Shown here: positions 47,933 through 56,912 of the stretch, one piece after another
Layout of the letters: the number at the start of each line of letters is the position of its first letter
How positions within the stretch are numbered: position 1 is the first letter of the stretch
Assembly: GCA_021736255.1 (NCBI GenBank)
Contig: JAIPGG010000001.1
Location: forward strand, 11,506 to 75,505
DNA length: 64,000 bases
Origin: Spirochaetales bacterium
Lineage (GTDB): Bacteria > Spirochaetota > Spirochaetia > JAIPGG01
Reading direction: 5' to 3'
Notes under the pieces: model-generated
What the model saw: only the letters and a program-made list of their open reading frames with translations
What the model was told of the DNA's origin: nothing
The model's database searches: none
Position numbers and translations under genes: made by a program

Positions 47933-49097
47933 GAACCGAACCGCGGTATATTACCCCTTTGAGGTTGCGTTTCTCGTCGACCACAGCTATCGGGTCCCGG
48001 CTGTCTGCAACCATGGGGAATATCTGCTTCAGCGGCTCATCCGGGGGTACCGTCGGAACCTCTTGTGTGCAGATATGATCAATCCACGCATCTTCATTTT
48101 TAACGCCCTGGACTGCTGCTTCGGCGGAGAGGTATCCAACGAGTTCCCGGTTCTGCTTGACGACCATGACACCTGCCAGCCCGAACTCCTTAATGACATG
48201 AAGCGCCGTTCGCGGGCCGTCTTTGAGGGTTACCACATGCTGGTGTTTGAGCATAACGTCTTCAGCCGAAAGAACCTTGGTGATATCCACGTTTTCAACG
48301 AACTTTTCAACGTAGCGGGTTGCCGGGTCGGTAAGAATTTCATCCGGTGTTCCGATCTGTACGACCTTGCCGTCTTTCATCAGGACGATTCGATCACCCA
48401 TCTTGAGTGCTTCGTCGAGGTCGTGCGTGATAAAAACAATGGTCTTTTGAACCTGGCTCTCCAGTTTTAAGAGCTCATCCTGCATATCGCTTCGAATCAG
48501 GGGGTCGAGTGCACTAAAAGCCTCGTCCATCAGCAGGATGGCGGGATCGACCGTCAAGGCTCGGGCCAGTCCTACTCGCTGCTTCATTCCTCCGCTGAGT
48601 TTTTCCGGCAGATAATCTCCCCAACCACCGAGACCCACGAGTTCGAGCGATTCCTGGGCCTTATTTCGCCGTGTTTCCTCGTCGACTTCCTGGATCTCCA
48701 GGCCGAACTCAACGTTTTCGAGTACGGTTCGATGAGGAAAAAGGGCAAAACTCTGAAACACCATTCCGAATTGTTTCCGGCGGAACATGCGAAGCTCATC
48801 ATCGTCAAGAGTGGTTACATCCGTTCCGTCTACAATAACTGTGCCGTAGGTGGGTTCGATCAAGCGGTTCAGCATCCGGATGAGTGTCGATTTTCCACTT
48901 CCGGACAAACCCATGACTACGAGGGTTTCGCCCTCGTACACATTAAACGAGGTATCCTGAACTCCAACGGCCTGTCCCGTTTTGTTGAGGATTTCCTCCT
49001 TCGATACACCCTGTGACAGAAGTTTTTTCGCTTGTGCCGGGTGTTTTCCGAAAATTTTATACAGATCCTTGATCTGTATCATTACCTTCTTGTCCAT
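47889..49097 (-). CDS. opuAA: Glycine betaine/proline ABC transporter ATP-binding protein with tandem C-terminal CBS domains
   Basis: Walker A 'GLSGSGKST', signature 'LSGGMKQRV', Walker B 'ILLMDEAFS', and a C-terminal CBS pair. Confidence 0.85.
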   Translation of the reverse strand: MDKKVMIQIKDLYKIFGKHPAQAKKLLSQGVSKEEILNKTGQAVGVQDTSFNVYEGETLVVMGLSGSGKSTLIRMLNRLIEPTYGTVIVDGTDVTTLDDDELRMFRRKQFGMVFQSFALFPHRTVLENVEFGLEIQEVDEETRRNKAQESLELVGLGGWGDYLPEKLSGGMKQRVGLARALTVDPAILLMDEAFSALDPLIRSDMQDELLKLESQVQKTIVFITHDLDEALKMGDRIVLMKDGKVVQIGTPDEILTDPATRYVEKFVENVDITKVLSAEDVMLKHQHVVTLKDGPRTALHVIKEFGLAGVMVVKQNRELVGYLSAEAAVQGVKNEDAWIDHICTQEVPTVPPDEPLKQIFPMVADSRDPIAVVDEKRNLKGVIYRGSVLAALAEQGEQMYDE

Positions 49098-49363
49098 TTG
49101 TGTTCCTGCAGATAAAATTGTTTGTTAATCAATAGATGTTTTTAACATGTTTCCAAATATAGGTAGCATGCTAAACAATTTAAATTGTGAATATTGCTGC
49201 ACAAGCGCAGCAAATCCTTGCAAAATCATTACTTAAAGAATAATACAGAGATTACATGAAAAAGTCAAGAAGGCATGATGAAAAAATGATTAGTAAACAA
49301 AATATTTGTGCACGACGGGAAAACGCTTGTGCACAACGGGTTTTTTCTGTATATTATACTTCC

Positions 49364-49861
49364 ATGGAACAGAGTCTAATAAACCAACAAGTCATCGTTG
49401 CCCTTCGCCAGATTACCAGAGCGATAGATCTTCATTCGAAACAGCTTCAGAAGGAATACGGACTTACTGTTCCTCAGTTGATTTCTCTCAAGCGTATTCA
49501 GACTGAAGAACCGATTTCAGTAGGGCGGTTGGCAGGACAGATCAGTTTGAGTCATGCTACCGTTACGCGGATACTCGATCGCCTCGAATTGAAGGGGCTT
49601 GTAGAACGCTGCCGGGACACGATCGACAAAAGAAAGATTTCCGTACGGGTTACCGATGCCGGAAAAGAGCTCCTGGATCAGAACCCGACCCTCATGCAGG
49701 AGGTGTTTCTGCGCCGTTTTTCAAACCTAGAAGACTGGGAAAAAACGCTCATCCTCTCCTCCATTCAGCGCCTCGCCTCCATGATGGATGTCGAGGACAA
49801 TGATACCCACCCGATTCTCTCGACGGAACCGCTTCACGAACAAAGGCACGACGGGAAATAG
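49364..49861 (+). CDS. MarR-family transcriptional regulator, divergent from opuA
   Basis: Winged-helix region 'LTVPQLISLKRIQTEEPISVGRLAGQISLSHATVTRILDRLELKGLVER'. I prefer the Met at 49364 over the listed 49256. Confidence 0.65.
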   Translation: MEQSLINQQVIVALRQITRAIDLHSKQLQKEYGLTVPQLISLKRIQTEEPISVGRLAGQISLSHATVTRILDRLELKGLVERCRDTIDKRKISVRVTDAGKELLDQNPTLMQEVFLRRFSNLEDWEKTLILSSIQRLASMMDVEDNDTHPILSTEPLHEQRHDGK

Positions 49862-49940
49862 AGCCGTGTAAGCTGATCCCTCGTTGTTTTCGTTTCCAGT
49901 TGTTCGGCAGGCGGAAGTGCAGGAAAAAAGGAAAAAGGTT

Positions 49941-50014
49941 TGGAGAATACCGGATTCGAACCGGTGACCTGTTGATTGCGAACCAACCGCTCTAGCCGAC
50001 TGAGCTAATTCCCC
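49941..50014 (-). tRNA. tRNA-Ala (anticodon CGC)
   Basis: Reverse complement: GGGGAAU-UA-GCUC-AGUCGGCUA-GAGC-G-GUUGG-UUCGCAA-UCAAC-AGGUC-ACCGG-UUCGAAU-CCGGU-AUUCUCC-A. The G3:U70 Ala identity pair and U33 are present. CCA is not encoded. Confidence 0.8.
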
Positions 50015-50195
50015 ATGGCGGAGGAACCGTTCGAGGTTCCACTGCTCCGGCAGTATATCCAAATCAGAGAAAAAACGCAACGCCGCTGCACCTTGCCGAA
50101 AGCCTGTCCCGGCCGATAACTAGGGATGGACACATTGTTGCAGGCTGTTCAATAATGAAAGATCTGTAAAGGTTCCGCACAGATGGTGATAGATC

Positions 50196-51572
50196 ATGAA
50201 AAAACCGAACTTTCAGGATATGCACAAGGTTGTTGCCATCGGGCTTCCTCTGATGGCCGGCCTTTTCGCTGAATATTTGATGTATCTTGCTGATTCCTCG
50301 ATGGTCGGGCGGTTAGGAACCGAGTATCTGGCGGCAATCGCAGTAGGCGGATTGGTTGCCGAGATACTGTGGAACTTTTGCTGGACCATCAGTCCCGGTA
50401 CTCAGAGTATTGCAGCCCGCCGGTATGGACGGGTGCAGGCTGCTAAGCTCAATTCCCCGGAATACAAAAGAGCGGTAAAAAATACCGCTCAGGTAATGGA
50501 TCATGCACTTATTTTTTCATTTATTACCGGCATTGCATCGTTTTTGCTTGCCTCCTTTTCCCGGTCATTTCTGCAGCTGGTTATTGATGACCCGGAAATC
50601 GTTACCATCGCAGTACAGTATATCGACATTATCAAGTGGTCAATGCTGCCGGTGGCGGTGTATTTCGGGATATATGGATTTCTTTCCGGCTTGAATATTA
50701 TCAAACCGGTTATGTATTCGACCATCGGGACGAATGTTCTCAATTTTTTCCTTGATTATGTTCTGATTTTCGGGAAATTCGGGTTTCCGGCTATGGGGAT
50801 TGAAGGGGCTGCTTTAGGAACGGCTATTGCCCAGACCGGAGGACTCATATACACCCTCATTGTTCTTTTGAGCCACCCCCATTTGAAGGAGTATACCCTA
50901 TTCCGCTTCCGAAAAATCCGGCCGGCTACTATTCGGGATGTGGCGCTCTATTCCCTTCCCATTGCTTTCCAGCACAGCACCAATCAGGTTCTCTTGCTCG
51001 TTTTTGAAGGGCTCATTAACCGGTACGGAGCAGCGTATCTTGCGGTTGTTCATATCCTTTTTCTTATGGCCTGGTCCGGTAAGTCGGTGATCGGGGGTAT
51101 AGCCCAGGGGGCTTCGATCCTGGTCGGAAATGCGCTCGGCCGGGGAGAACGGGAAACGGCGGTGCGTTACGTGTGGGCCTCGGTATGGTTTGCCGCACTT
51201 ATCGCTTCGGCGATTGCAGCCGTTTTCTTGTTCATGCCGGAGATGGTCGTCCGATTGTTCAACAGCGATGCACAAACACTGCGTGTGGGTAGTGTTGCGC
51301 TTCGGATGATGATCCCCTTCTTTTTTGTTCTCTTTATGGCCTTTACCTTCGAGGTAGTCTTTTCCCATAACGGACTAGGGAGGTTTGTATTTCTCTCCGA
51401 TGCATTGAGCAGTCTGTTATTTCTTCTGGGGTATGCGGCCTTGATGGTATTCGTCTTCGATGCAGGCGGATGGGCGGTACTTGTTGGCTTCGGACTGTAT
51501 CTTGCAGGTCACGCTCTGGTAATGACGCTTGGTTACCGTTCGGGGAAGTGGCTGGAAATGCATGTGGAGTAA
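50196..51572 (+). CDS. MATE-family multidrug/sodium efflux transporter
   Basis: 458 aa, 12 predicted TM helices, N-terminal 'AIGLPLMAGLFAEYLMYLADSSMVGRLG', typical of MatE. Confidence 0.8.
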   Translation: MKKPNFQDMHKVVAIGLPLMAGLFAEYLMYLADSSMVGRLGTEYLAAIAVGGLVAEILWNFCWTISPGTQSIAARRYGRVQAAKLNSPEYKRAVKNTAQVMDHALIFSFITGIASFLLASFSRSFLQLVIDDPEIVTIAVQYIDIIKWSMLPVAVYFGIYGFLSGLNIIKPVMYSTIGTNVLNFFLDYVLIFGKFGFPAMGIEGAALGTAIAQTGGLIYTLIVLLSHPHLKEYTLFRFRKIRPATIRDVALYSLPIAFQHSTNQVLLLVFEGLINRYGAAYLAVVHILFLMAWSGKSVIGGIAQGASILVGNALGRGERETAVRYVWASVWFAALIASAIAAVFLFMPEMVVRLFNSDAQTLRVGSVALRMMIPFFFVLFMAFTFEVVFSHNGLGRFVFLSDALSSLLFLLGYAALMVFVFDAGGWAVLVGFGLYLAGHALVMTLGYRSGKWLEMHVE

Positions 51573-51596
51573 CGATAAAAGACGAAGGAGGAAAAG

Positions 51597-52670
51597 ATGA
51601 ATGCCGGAGCGAATTTCCTGCAGCGCCTTCTCGGGCGTCTTTCGAAGCGGAATGCAATCAAGGAATTGCGCAACAGGATTGCAGAAAAAGGGATCGAGAG
51701 CATCGATCATGAATACGTTGGAGAACTGGAATCGCGATACGGCGTTTCCTTCGATCGCGATCTTTCCGAAGAAAGGAAAGCCGTGTATAGAGATTTTCTC
51801 GATGCGTGCCTGACCGACAAATGGCTCGACAACAATGAAATCAGCGAGCTCCGCAGGCTGCGGGATCTCCTCGGGCTGACTGATCGGCAGGAACGGGAAG
51901 TGCGGGAAGCGGCAGTTACAGAGGTCTATCGGGAAACATTGAAAGAGGCGTTGGCCGATAATGAGATCAACGAAGATGAACGCCGCACCCTGCAGCTCAT
52001 GCAGGAGAACCTGGCCATTTCCGAAGAACAGGCTGCGCGTATTTACCGGCAAACGGCTACCGAGCGTCTGCAGTCTATTCTCGACAAGGCGATCTCCGAC
52101 AAAGAGCTTTCCCCGGAAGAAGACAAAGAGATGGAGCAGGTGGCACGGAATCTCGGGATAACCCTTTCCTTGTCCGACAAGACGAAAGCTGCACTCGAGC
52201 GCTACCGTCTGTACTGGCAGATCAAAAACGGCGAGCTTCCCGAGCCGGCGGTGACTTTGAATCTGTCCAAAGGGGAACACTGTCATTTCTTTGCCAATAT
52301 CAACTGGTACGAACTCCAACAGGTGACTCGGCGGACTCGCTCGGGCGGGCCGACATTTCGGCTAAAGTTGATGAAGGGAATCTATTGGCGGATGGAGAAT
52401 CTAGGGCTTCGGCGGCTCAGTGAAGATGAAATGACCCTCGTCGACAGCGGTACGGTTTATCTAACCAACACGCGTCTCTTGTTTCTTGGTTCACGGAAAA
52501 ACAGTATGATCCGGTTGAATAGCATTTTGGATTACGAGGTCTATTCGAATGGGGTTCAGCTGCAAAATAGTTCAGGAGCAAGCCCGTTTTTAGAGTTCTC
52601 GAAGAACGTGGATCTTTTTGCCCTGATTCTTGCCCGTCTGCTCCGACAGAGAAGCTATTCCAAACAATAA
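51597..52670 (+). CDS. Hypothetical protein with N-terminal TerB-like helical repeats and a C-terminal bacterial PH (bPH/GRAM-like) domain
   Basis: Repeated 'ISELRRLRDLLGLTDRQ...'/'DERRTLQLMQENLAISEEQ...'/'EEDKEMEQVARNLGITLS...' helical units. The C-terminus 'MTLVDSGTVYLTNTRLLFLG' resembles the bPH beta-strand pattern. Weak evidence. Confidence 0.3.
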   Translation: MNAGANFLQRLLGRLSKRNAIKELRNRIAEKGIESIDHEYVGELESRYGVSFDRDLSEERKAVYRDFLDACLTDKWLDNNEISELRRLRDLLGLTDRQEREVREAAVTEVYRETLKEALADNEINEDERRTLQLMQENLAISEEQAARIYRQTATERLQSILDKAISDKELSPEEDKEMEQVARNLGITLSLSDKTKAALERYRLYWQIKNGELPEPAVTLNLSKGEHCHFFANINWYELQQVTRRTRSGGPTFRLKLMKGIYWRMENLGLRRLSEDEMTLVDSGTVYLTNTRLLFLGSRKNSMIRLNSILDYEVYSNGVQLQNSSGASPFLEFSKNVDLFALILARLLRQRSYSKQ

Positions 52671-52701
52671 TCATTCGCGATTACAGCCTTTTCTTATTAT
52701 A

Positions 52702-54678
52702 ATGAAAACTATGGAAAATGTTTTTTCAGGAAATTCCGGGGAGGGGTGTTTTGATTATCAGCAAGCCGCAGAGGACCTGAGGGCCGAAAGCGGTGCAAAA
52801 TATGTAGTCTTCAACGAGCTCATCAGGGGCGAAAAGCTTCTTGAAACAAGGGCAATAGCAGGGGGAAGTGAACAGATTCGCAAGGCCGCCGGTTTCCTCG
52901 GGCTCGATCTTGTCGGTTCGAAATGGGAACCGGATGAACTCGTAGAGCGAGTGATCAATATGCCCAGCCTGAGTTATCTCGGAACACTTCCCGATGTAAG
53001 TATGAACCAAATTCCCGCGCCGCTGGGCCTCGCTGTGTCCCGGATGTTCGGGGTTGATGCTGTCTATGGAATGGGGCTTCAAACCGGAGGGGAAAAACTC
53101 GGGTTCTTCCTTTTTTTTCTTAAGAAGGGAGAGGAGCTCAGGAATGCTTCGCAGCTCGACCGGATCATCCGGTATATCGGCATAGCCCTCAAGGCCGTAC
53201 GGGAGAGGAACGCCCTGCCGGCGGGGGATGTGCTCGGTGACATCCGGGTGGAATCAGAGCGGGAGGAAATCGAGGAAGCTCTGGTTCCTGAAATCCTCTA
53301 CCAACTCGATGACCAATCGCGCGTTGTTTTTCTCAGCCGCGCCATAACCCGGTATGGATATCAGCCGGAAGAACTGATCGGCCGGAGTGTGTTTGAAATC
53401 ATTCATCCCGAGGACCGGGAACGAGCCCAGTGGCGGATAAACGAGCGGCGCACAGGGGAAAGACGTACCTTTCAGTTCGAACTCCGCCTGCTTCCAAAGG
53501 ACCGGGAGCCAATACGCTTTTCAGTTTACGGGTATCAGCTGGAAATCGATCCGGTAATTGTTATCGATGCCAGGGGCTTATACCGGGAAGATGAGGCCGG
53601 AAAGAAAACCTTTCAGGGAACGGTGGGGGTGGCTCGTGATATGACCCAGGTTCGGGCCCTCGAAAAGCAGCTTTCGGAGCAGAAAATCATCTCCGACACC
53701 ATAGCAGAGGCTATTCAGGAGGCAATATGGGTTGAGGAATCCGGTCCCAAGCGAATTCTGTATGTTAATAAGGCCTTCGAGAATATGTTCGGGAACTCTG
53801 AAGCCTGGCTCTCGGTCGTCCACCCGGAAGACCGGGAAAAGATGAGAAAGCGAAGCGAAGACCCTGCTTCCACAGAGGAGTTTCGGGAATACCGCATTCT
53901 CTCCGGTGATAGCGTGCGGTGGATCAGGTCCATTCTCTTTCCTGTTCGGGTTGATGCGGAGGGGACCCCCAACCGCTTCGTAGGGCTTGCTGAGGACATC
54001 ACCTCCCTCAAGGAGAGAGAAAATGAACTAAAGCAGTCCCTGGAAGTGAAGACTCTGCTGATGCGGGAGATTTATCACCGGGTAAAAAACAACCTGATGA
54101 TTATCGACAGCATCATTTCGCTCGAATTGGCTGATATGCCCGACAAAGATATGTCCGCGCGCAGCGTCCTTCAGAGCGTTCAGTCGCGGATCGCCACCAT
54201 GGGGATCATACACCAGATGCTGTTTCGCGATTCGGGGCACAGTGATGCGCGGCAGGGAGAGCTGGATATACGGGAGTATCTTGACTATTTGCTCGATTAT
54301 CTGCTGAGAAGCTTGACCGAGGACCCGGGAAGGATTCGAGTCCATTCTCAGGTCGATACGATAATGCTTGATTCTGATCAGGCGGTGCCTCTTGGGTTGA
54401 TTGTAACGGAACTGATAATAAACGCGCTGAAGTATGGTTTTCCAGAAGGACGCTCCGGGCGGCTCGAACTCCACTTTCAGGAAATCGGTGAGGAGTATCA
54501 TCTCATCGTATGGAACGATGGTCCTCAGTATGGAAAAACCGGTACGAATCAGAACGGGGTGCACTTGGGTTTTCAACTCATCGAGACCCTCACCGAGCAG
54601 CTGGACGGCAGATGCATCTTTCCCGAAGAGGGCGGGGATGCCCGGTTTGAGATAGTAATTCCTCGGCGTTCGGATTAG
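52702..54678 (+). CDS. Cytoplasmic sensor histidine kinase: GAF-like domain, two PAS domains, HisKA_2 and HATPase (HWE/HisKA_2 class)
   Basis: HisKA_2 box 'EIYHRVKNNLMIIDSIISLE'; HATPase 'ELIINALKYGFPEG', 'VWNDGPQY'; PAS regions 'SRAITRYGYQPEELIGRSVFEIIHPEDRE' and 'KAFENMFGNSEAWLSVVHPEDRE'. The listed ORF starts at 52630; I prefer Met 52702 because it avoids an overlap with the upstream gene. Confidence 0.7.
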   Translation: MKTMENVFSGNSGEGCFDYQQAAEDLRAESGAKYVVFNELIRGEKLLETRAIAGGSEQIRKAAGFLGLDLVGSKWEPDELVERVINMPSLSYLGTLPDVSMNQIPAPLGLAVSRMFGVDAVYGMGLQTGGEKLGFFLFFLKKGEELRNASQLDRIIRYIGIALKAVRERNALPAGDVLGDIRVESEREEIEEALVPEILYQLDDQSRVVFLSRAITRYGYQPEELIGRSVFEIIHPEDRERAQWRINERRTGERRTFQFELRLLPKDREPIRFSVYGYQLEIDPVIVIDARGLYREDEAGKKTFQGTVGVARDMTQVRALEKQLSEQKIISDTIAEAIQEAIWVEESGPKRILYVNKAFENMFGNSEAWLSVVHPEDREKMRKRSEDPASTEEFREYRILSGDSVRWIRSILFPVRVDAEGTPNRFVGLAEDITSLKERENELKQSLEVKTLLMREIYHRVKNNLMIIDSIISLELADMPDKDMSARSVLQSVQSRIATMGIIHQMLFRDSGHSDARQGELDIREYLDYLLDYLLRSLTEDPGRIRVHSQVDTIMLDSDQAVPLGLIVTELIINALKYGFPEGRSGRLELHFQEIGEEYHLIVWNDGPQYGKTGTNQNGVHLGFQLIETLTEQLDGRCIFPEEGGDARFEIVIPRRSD

Positions 54679-54728
54679 CGGCGTCTTTTGTTTGATTTCC
54701 CTGCTTTCATGGGCTAAGCTGTATCTAT

Positions 54729-56900
54729 GTGATGGAAAAAAGGATCGAACAGATGGATCAGAACAAGCAAGAGGTTATTCAGCTTCCTCGCGGAGGCTAT
54801 TTGGCTCATACTCCGATAGGACCGATACAGTTCGGTTCCCCGCCGGAAACAATAAAAGATACCATGGGTACTGAGCACGGCGTTCCTCAGTATTTTGTTC
54901 TTCCGAAAAAGTTTTTCAACTGGATCAAGGGAATAAGCGTGGCCGAGGTCGAATTCCCGTTATACTACAATTTCTTTTTAAAAAAACGGAAGACTACCAT
55001 TATCTGTACCCCGGAACAGCATAAGCGGTTTATGGCGGCATTGCAGCAGGCGGTATTCGGTCCGGAAGATCTCGATCTCTTGCAGAACTACAGCTCGGAA
55101 CTCGATCCGGAGGATCTGCCTCCTATCAAGGCGGAGCTCGATTTTTTTCGTCACGGACTGCAGCTCGATGACCTGGTTGAATTCCGGTTTTTCGAAAATG
55201 ATCAGGTACTCATTGAAGATCTGAAAATCGAGCTCGAGGAAGACAAAGAGTTTCTCCTGAGCCGCCGGGGGGAGGAACTTGCCAGGGTGCCGGCTATGAT
55301 CGAGTACCACCCTACCTATGATATCGGACGCCGTTTGCCGGAACCCTACAAACCGCCTTTGTTCGGCGTAACCTGTCTGGGGCCGAGCCATGGTTTTGAT
55401 CCAACCGAAAACACTTCGGGATTTATTCTGTGGATGAACCGTCGGGGAATCATGATCGACCCACCCGTCAATACGACTGAGTGGCTGGTGGCATCGAATG
55501 TCAATCCGAAACTCATCGACAGTATTATTCTTACCCACTGTCATGCCGATCACGATGCCGGCACCTTTCAAAAGATACTCGAAGAGAGCAAGGTCGATGT
55601 CTACACGGTTCCGACTGTCATGAACAGTTTCCTCCGGAAATACAGCGCCCTTACCGGGGTTTCGCGGGAATATCTGCAGCAGCTCTTTGAATACCGGCCG
55701 GTCAGTATCGATCAACCGGCCTTTATAAACGGGGGGAAATTCACCTTTCATTTCTCTCTCCATTCGATACCCACGATCGGATTTCAGCTCGAACACGAAG
55801 GTGCATCTTTTGTCTATTCTTCGGACCACAACAATGACCCGGAGATTCACAAAAAACTCTATGACGAGGGGTTGATCTCTCAAAAACGCTACGAAGAGCT
55901 CCTCAATTTTCCATGGTATGCCGACCTGATCTATCACGAAGCCGGTATTCCCCCTCTTCATACCCCGGTAACCGTCCTCAACTCACTTCCAACAAAGATC
56001 AGGAAGAAAATAATCACCTACCATATTGCCAAAAAGGATTTTCCTAAACGCACACCGCTGCGCCTTGCCCAGTTCGGTATCGAACACACTGTTACCATGC
56101 CCGTTAAACCGCCGGACCATGAAGGTGCGTATCATATACTCGGCTTGCTCGACCATCTCGATATCTTCGAAGATATTCCCGTCCGAAAAGCCCGCGAGTT
56201 CGTCAGCATCGTAAAGGAAGAGTCGTTTCGAAAAGGATCAAGGATCATCGAAAAGGGTACGGTGGGAGACAAATTCTACATAATCAAATCCGGCAATGTA
56301 GCGGTTCTGGGAAAGGACCTCGAGCACAGAAAGATTTACGGAGCCTATGATTATTTTGGAGAGGTCGCTCTGTTGACCAGTGCTCCCCGGACTGCAGATG
56401 TGGTTGCCGAAACGGATGTTTCTCTCTACACCATTGAAAAGGAGAAATTTCTTCATTTTATCCGGAATACCGATCTCGATCACACGCTGCGCAGGCTCAC
56501 CCAGATACGGGACAGCGAAACCTGGAACATACTCTCGACCAGTCCGATTTTACGAATTTTGACGAGTACACAGAAGACTCTGCTCGAGTCGATGCTCCAC
56601 AAGCGGACAATAGACAAGCCGGGTACTCTTGTCGAAGAGGGAGCGCAGTACCGGCAGATCTATATTATCAGGGACGGCTCGGTTGAAGTCAGGGATGGTG
56701 GAGAAAAGGTAACCACGCTCGGACGGGGAGATTTTATCGGTGCAATGGGGAAAATCCACCGGAATGAACCTGCCTCGGTTAGCTTTCAGAACACAACCCC
56801 CCTGAAGGTGTATATTATGAAGAAGGAAGATGTCATTGCCTTTCTCAAAAAGAACCCGGGCCTGATTATGAAGCTGGACTATGATTATCCGGGGGCATGA
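54729..56900 (+). CDS. Three-part protein: N-terminal domain of unknown function, metallo-beta-lactamase-fold hydrolase domain, and two C-terminal cyclic-nucleotide-binding (cNMP/CAP-type) domains
   Basis: MBL signature 'IILTHCHADHDAG' (HxHxDH). cNMP-binding cores 'YFGEVALLTSAPRTADVVA' and 'GDFIGAMGKIH...' follow glycine-rich beta-roll segments ('IIEKGTVGDKFYIIKSGNV', 'LVEEGAQYRQIYIIRDGSV'). Confidence 0.7.
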   Translation: MMEKRIEQMDQNKQEVIQLPRGGYLAHTPIGPIQFGSPPETIKDTMGTEHGVPQYFVLPKKFFNWIKGISVAEVEFPLYYNFFLKKRKTTIICTPEQHKRFMAALQQAVFGPEDLDLLQNYSSELDPEDLPPIKAELDFFRHGLQLDDLVEFRFFENDQVLIEDLKIELEEDKEFLLSRRGEELARVPAMIEYHPTYDIGRRLPEPYKPPLFGVTCLGPSHGFDPTENTSGFILWMNRRGIMIDPPVNTTEWLVASNVNPKLIDSIILTHCHADHDAGTFQKILEESKVDVYTVPTVMNSFLRKYSALTGVSREYLQQLFEYRPVSIDQPAFINGGKFTFHFSLHSIPTIGFQLEHEGASFVYSSDHNNDPEIHKKLYDEGLISQKRYEELLNFPWYADLIYHEAGIPPLHTPVTVLNSLPTKIRKKIITYHIAKKDFPKRTPLRLAQFGIEHTVTMPVKPPDHEGAYHILGLLDHLDIFEDIPVRKAREFVSIVKEESFRKGSRIIEKGTVGDKFYIIKSGNVAVLGKDLEHRKIYGAYDYFGEVALLTSAPRTADVVAETDVSLYTIEKEKFLHFIRNTDLDHTLRRLTQIRDSETWNILSTSPILRILTSTQKTLLESMLHKRTIDKPGTLVEEGAQYRQIYIIRDGSVEVRDGGEKVTTLGRGDFIGAMGKIHRNEPASVSFQNTTPLKVYIMKKEDVIAFLKKNPGLIMKLDYDYPGA

Positions 56901-56912
56901 GTCTTTACAAAA

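Noticed and set aside
49098-49363. Betaine-responsive riboswitch or leader in the opuA-marR divergent region
   Set aside because: AT-rich with plausible -35/-10 elements only. No structured element is evident, and regulation by the divergent MarR protein is sufficient.
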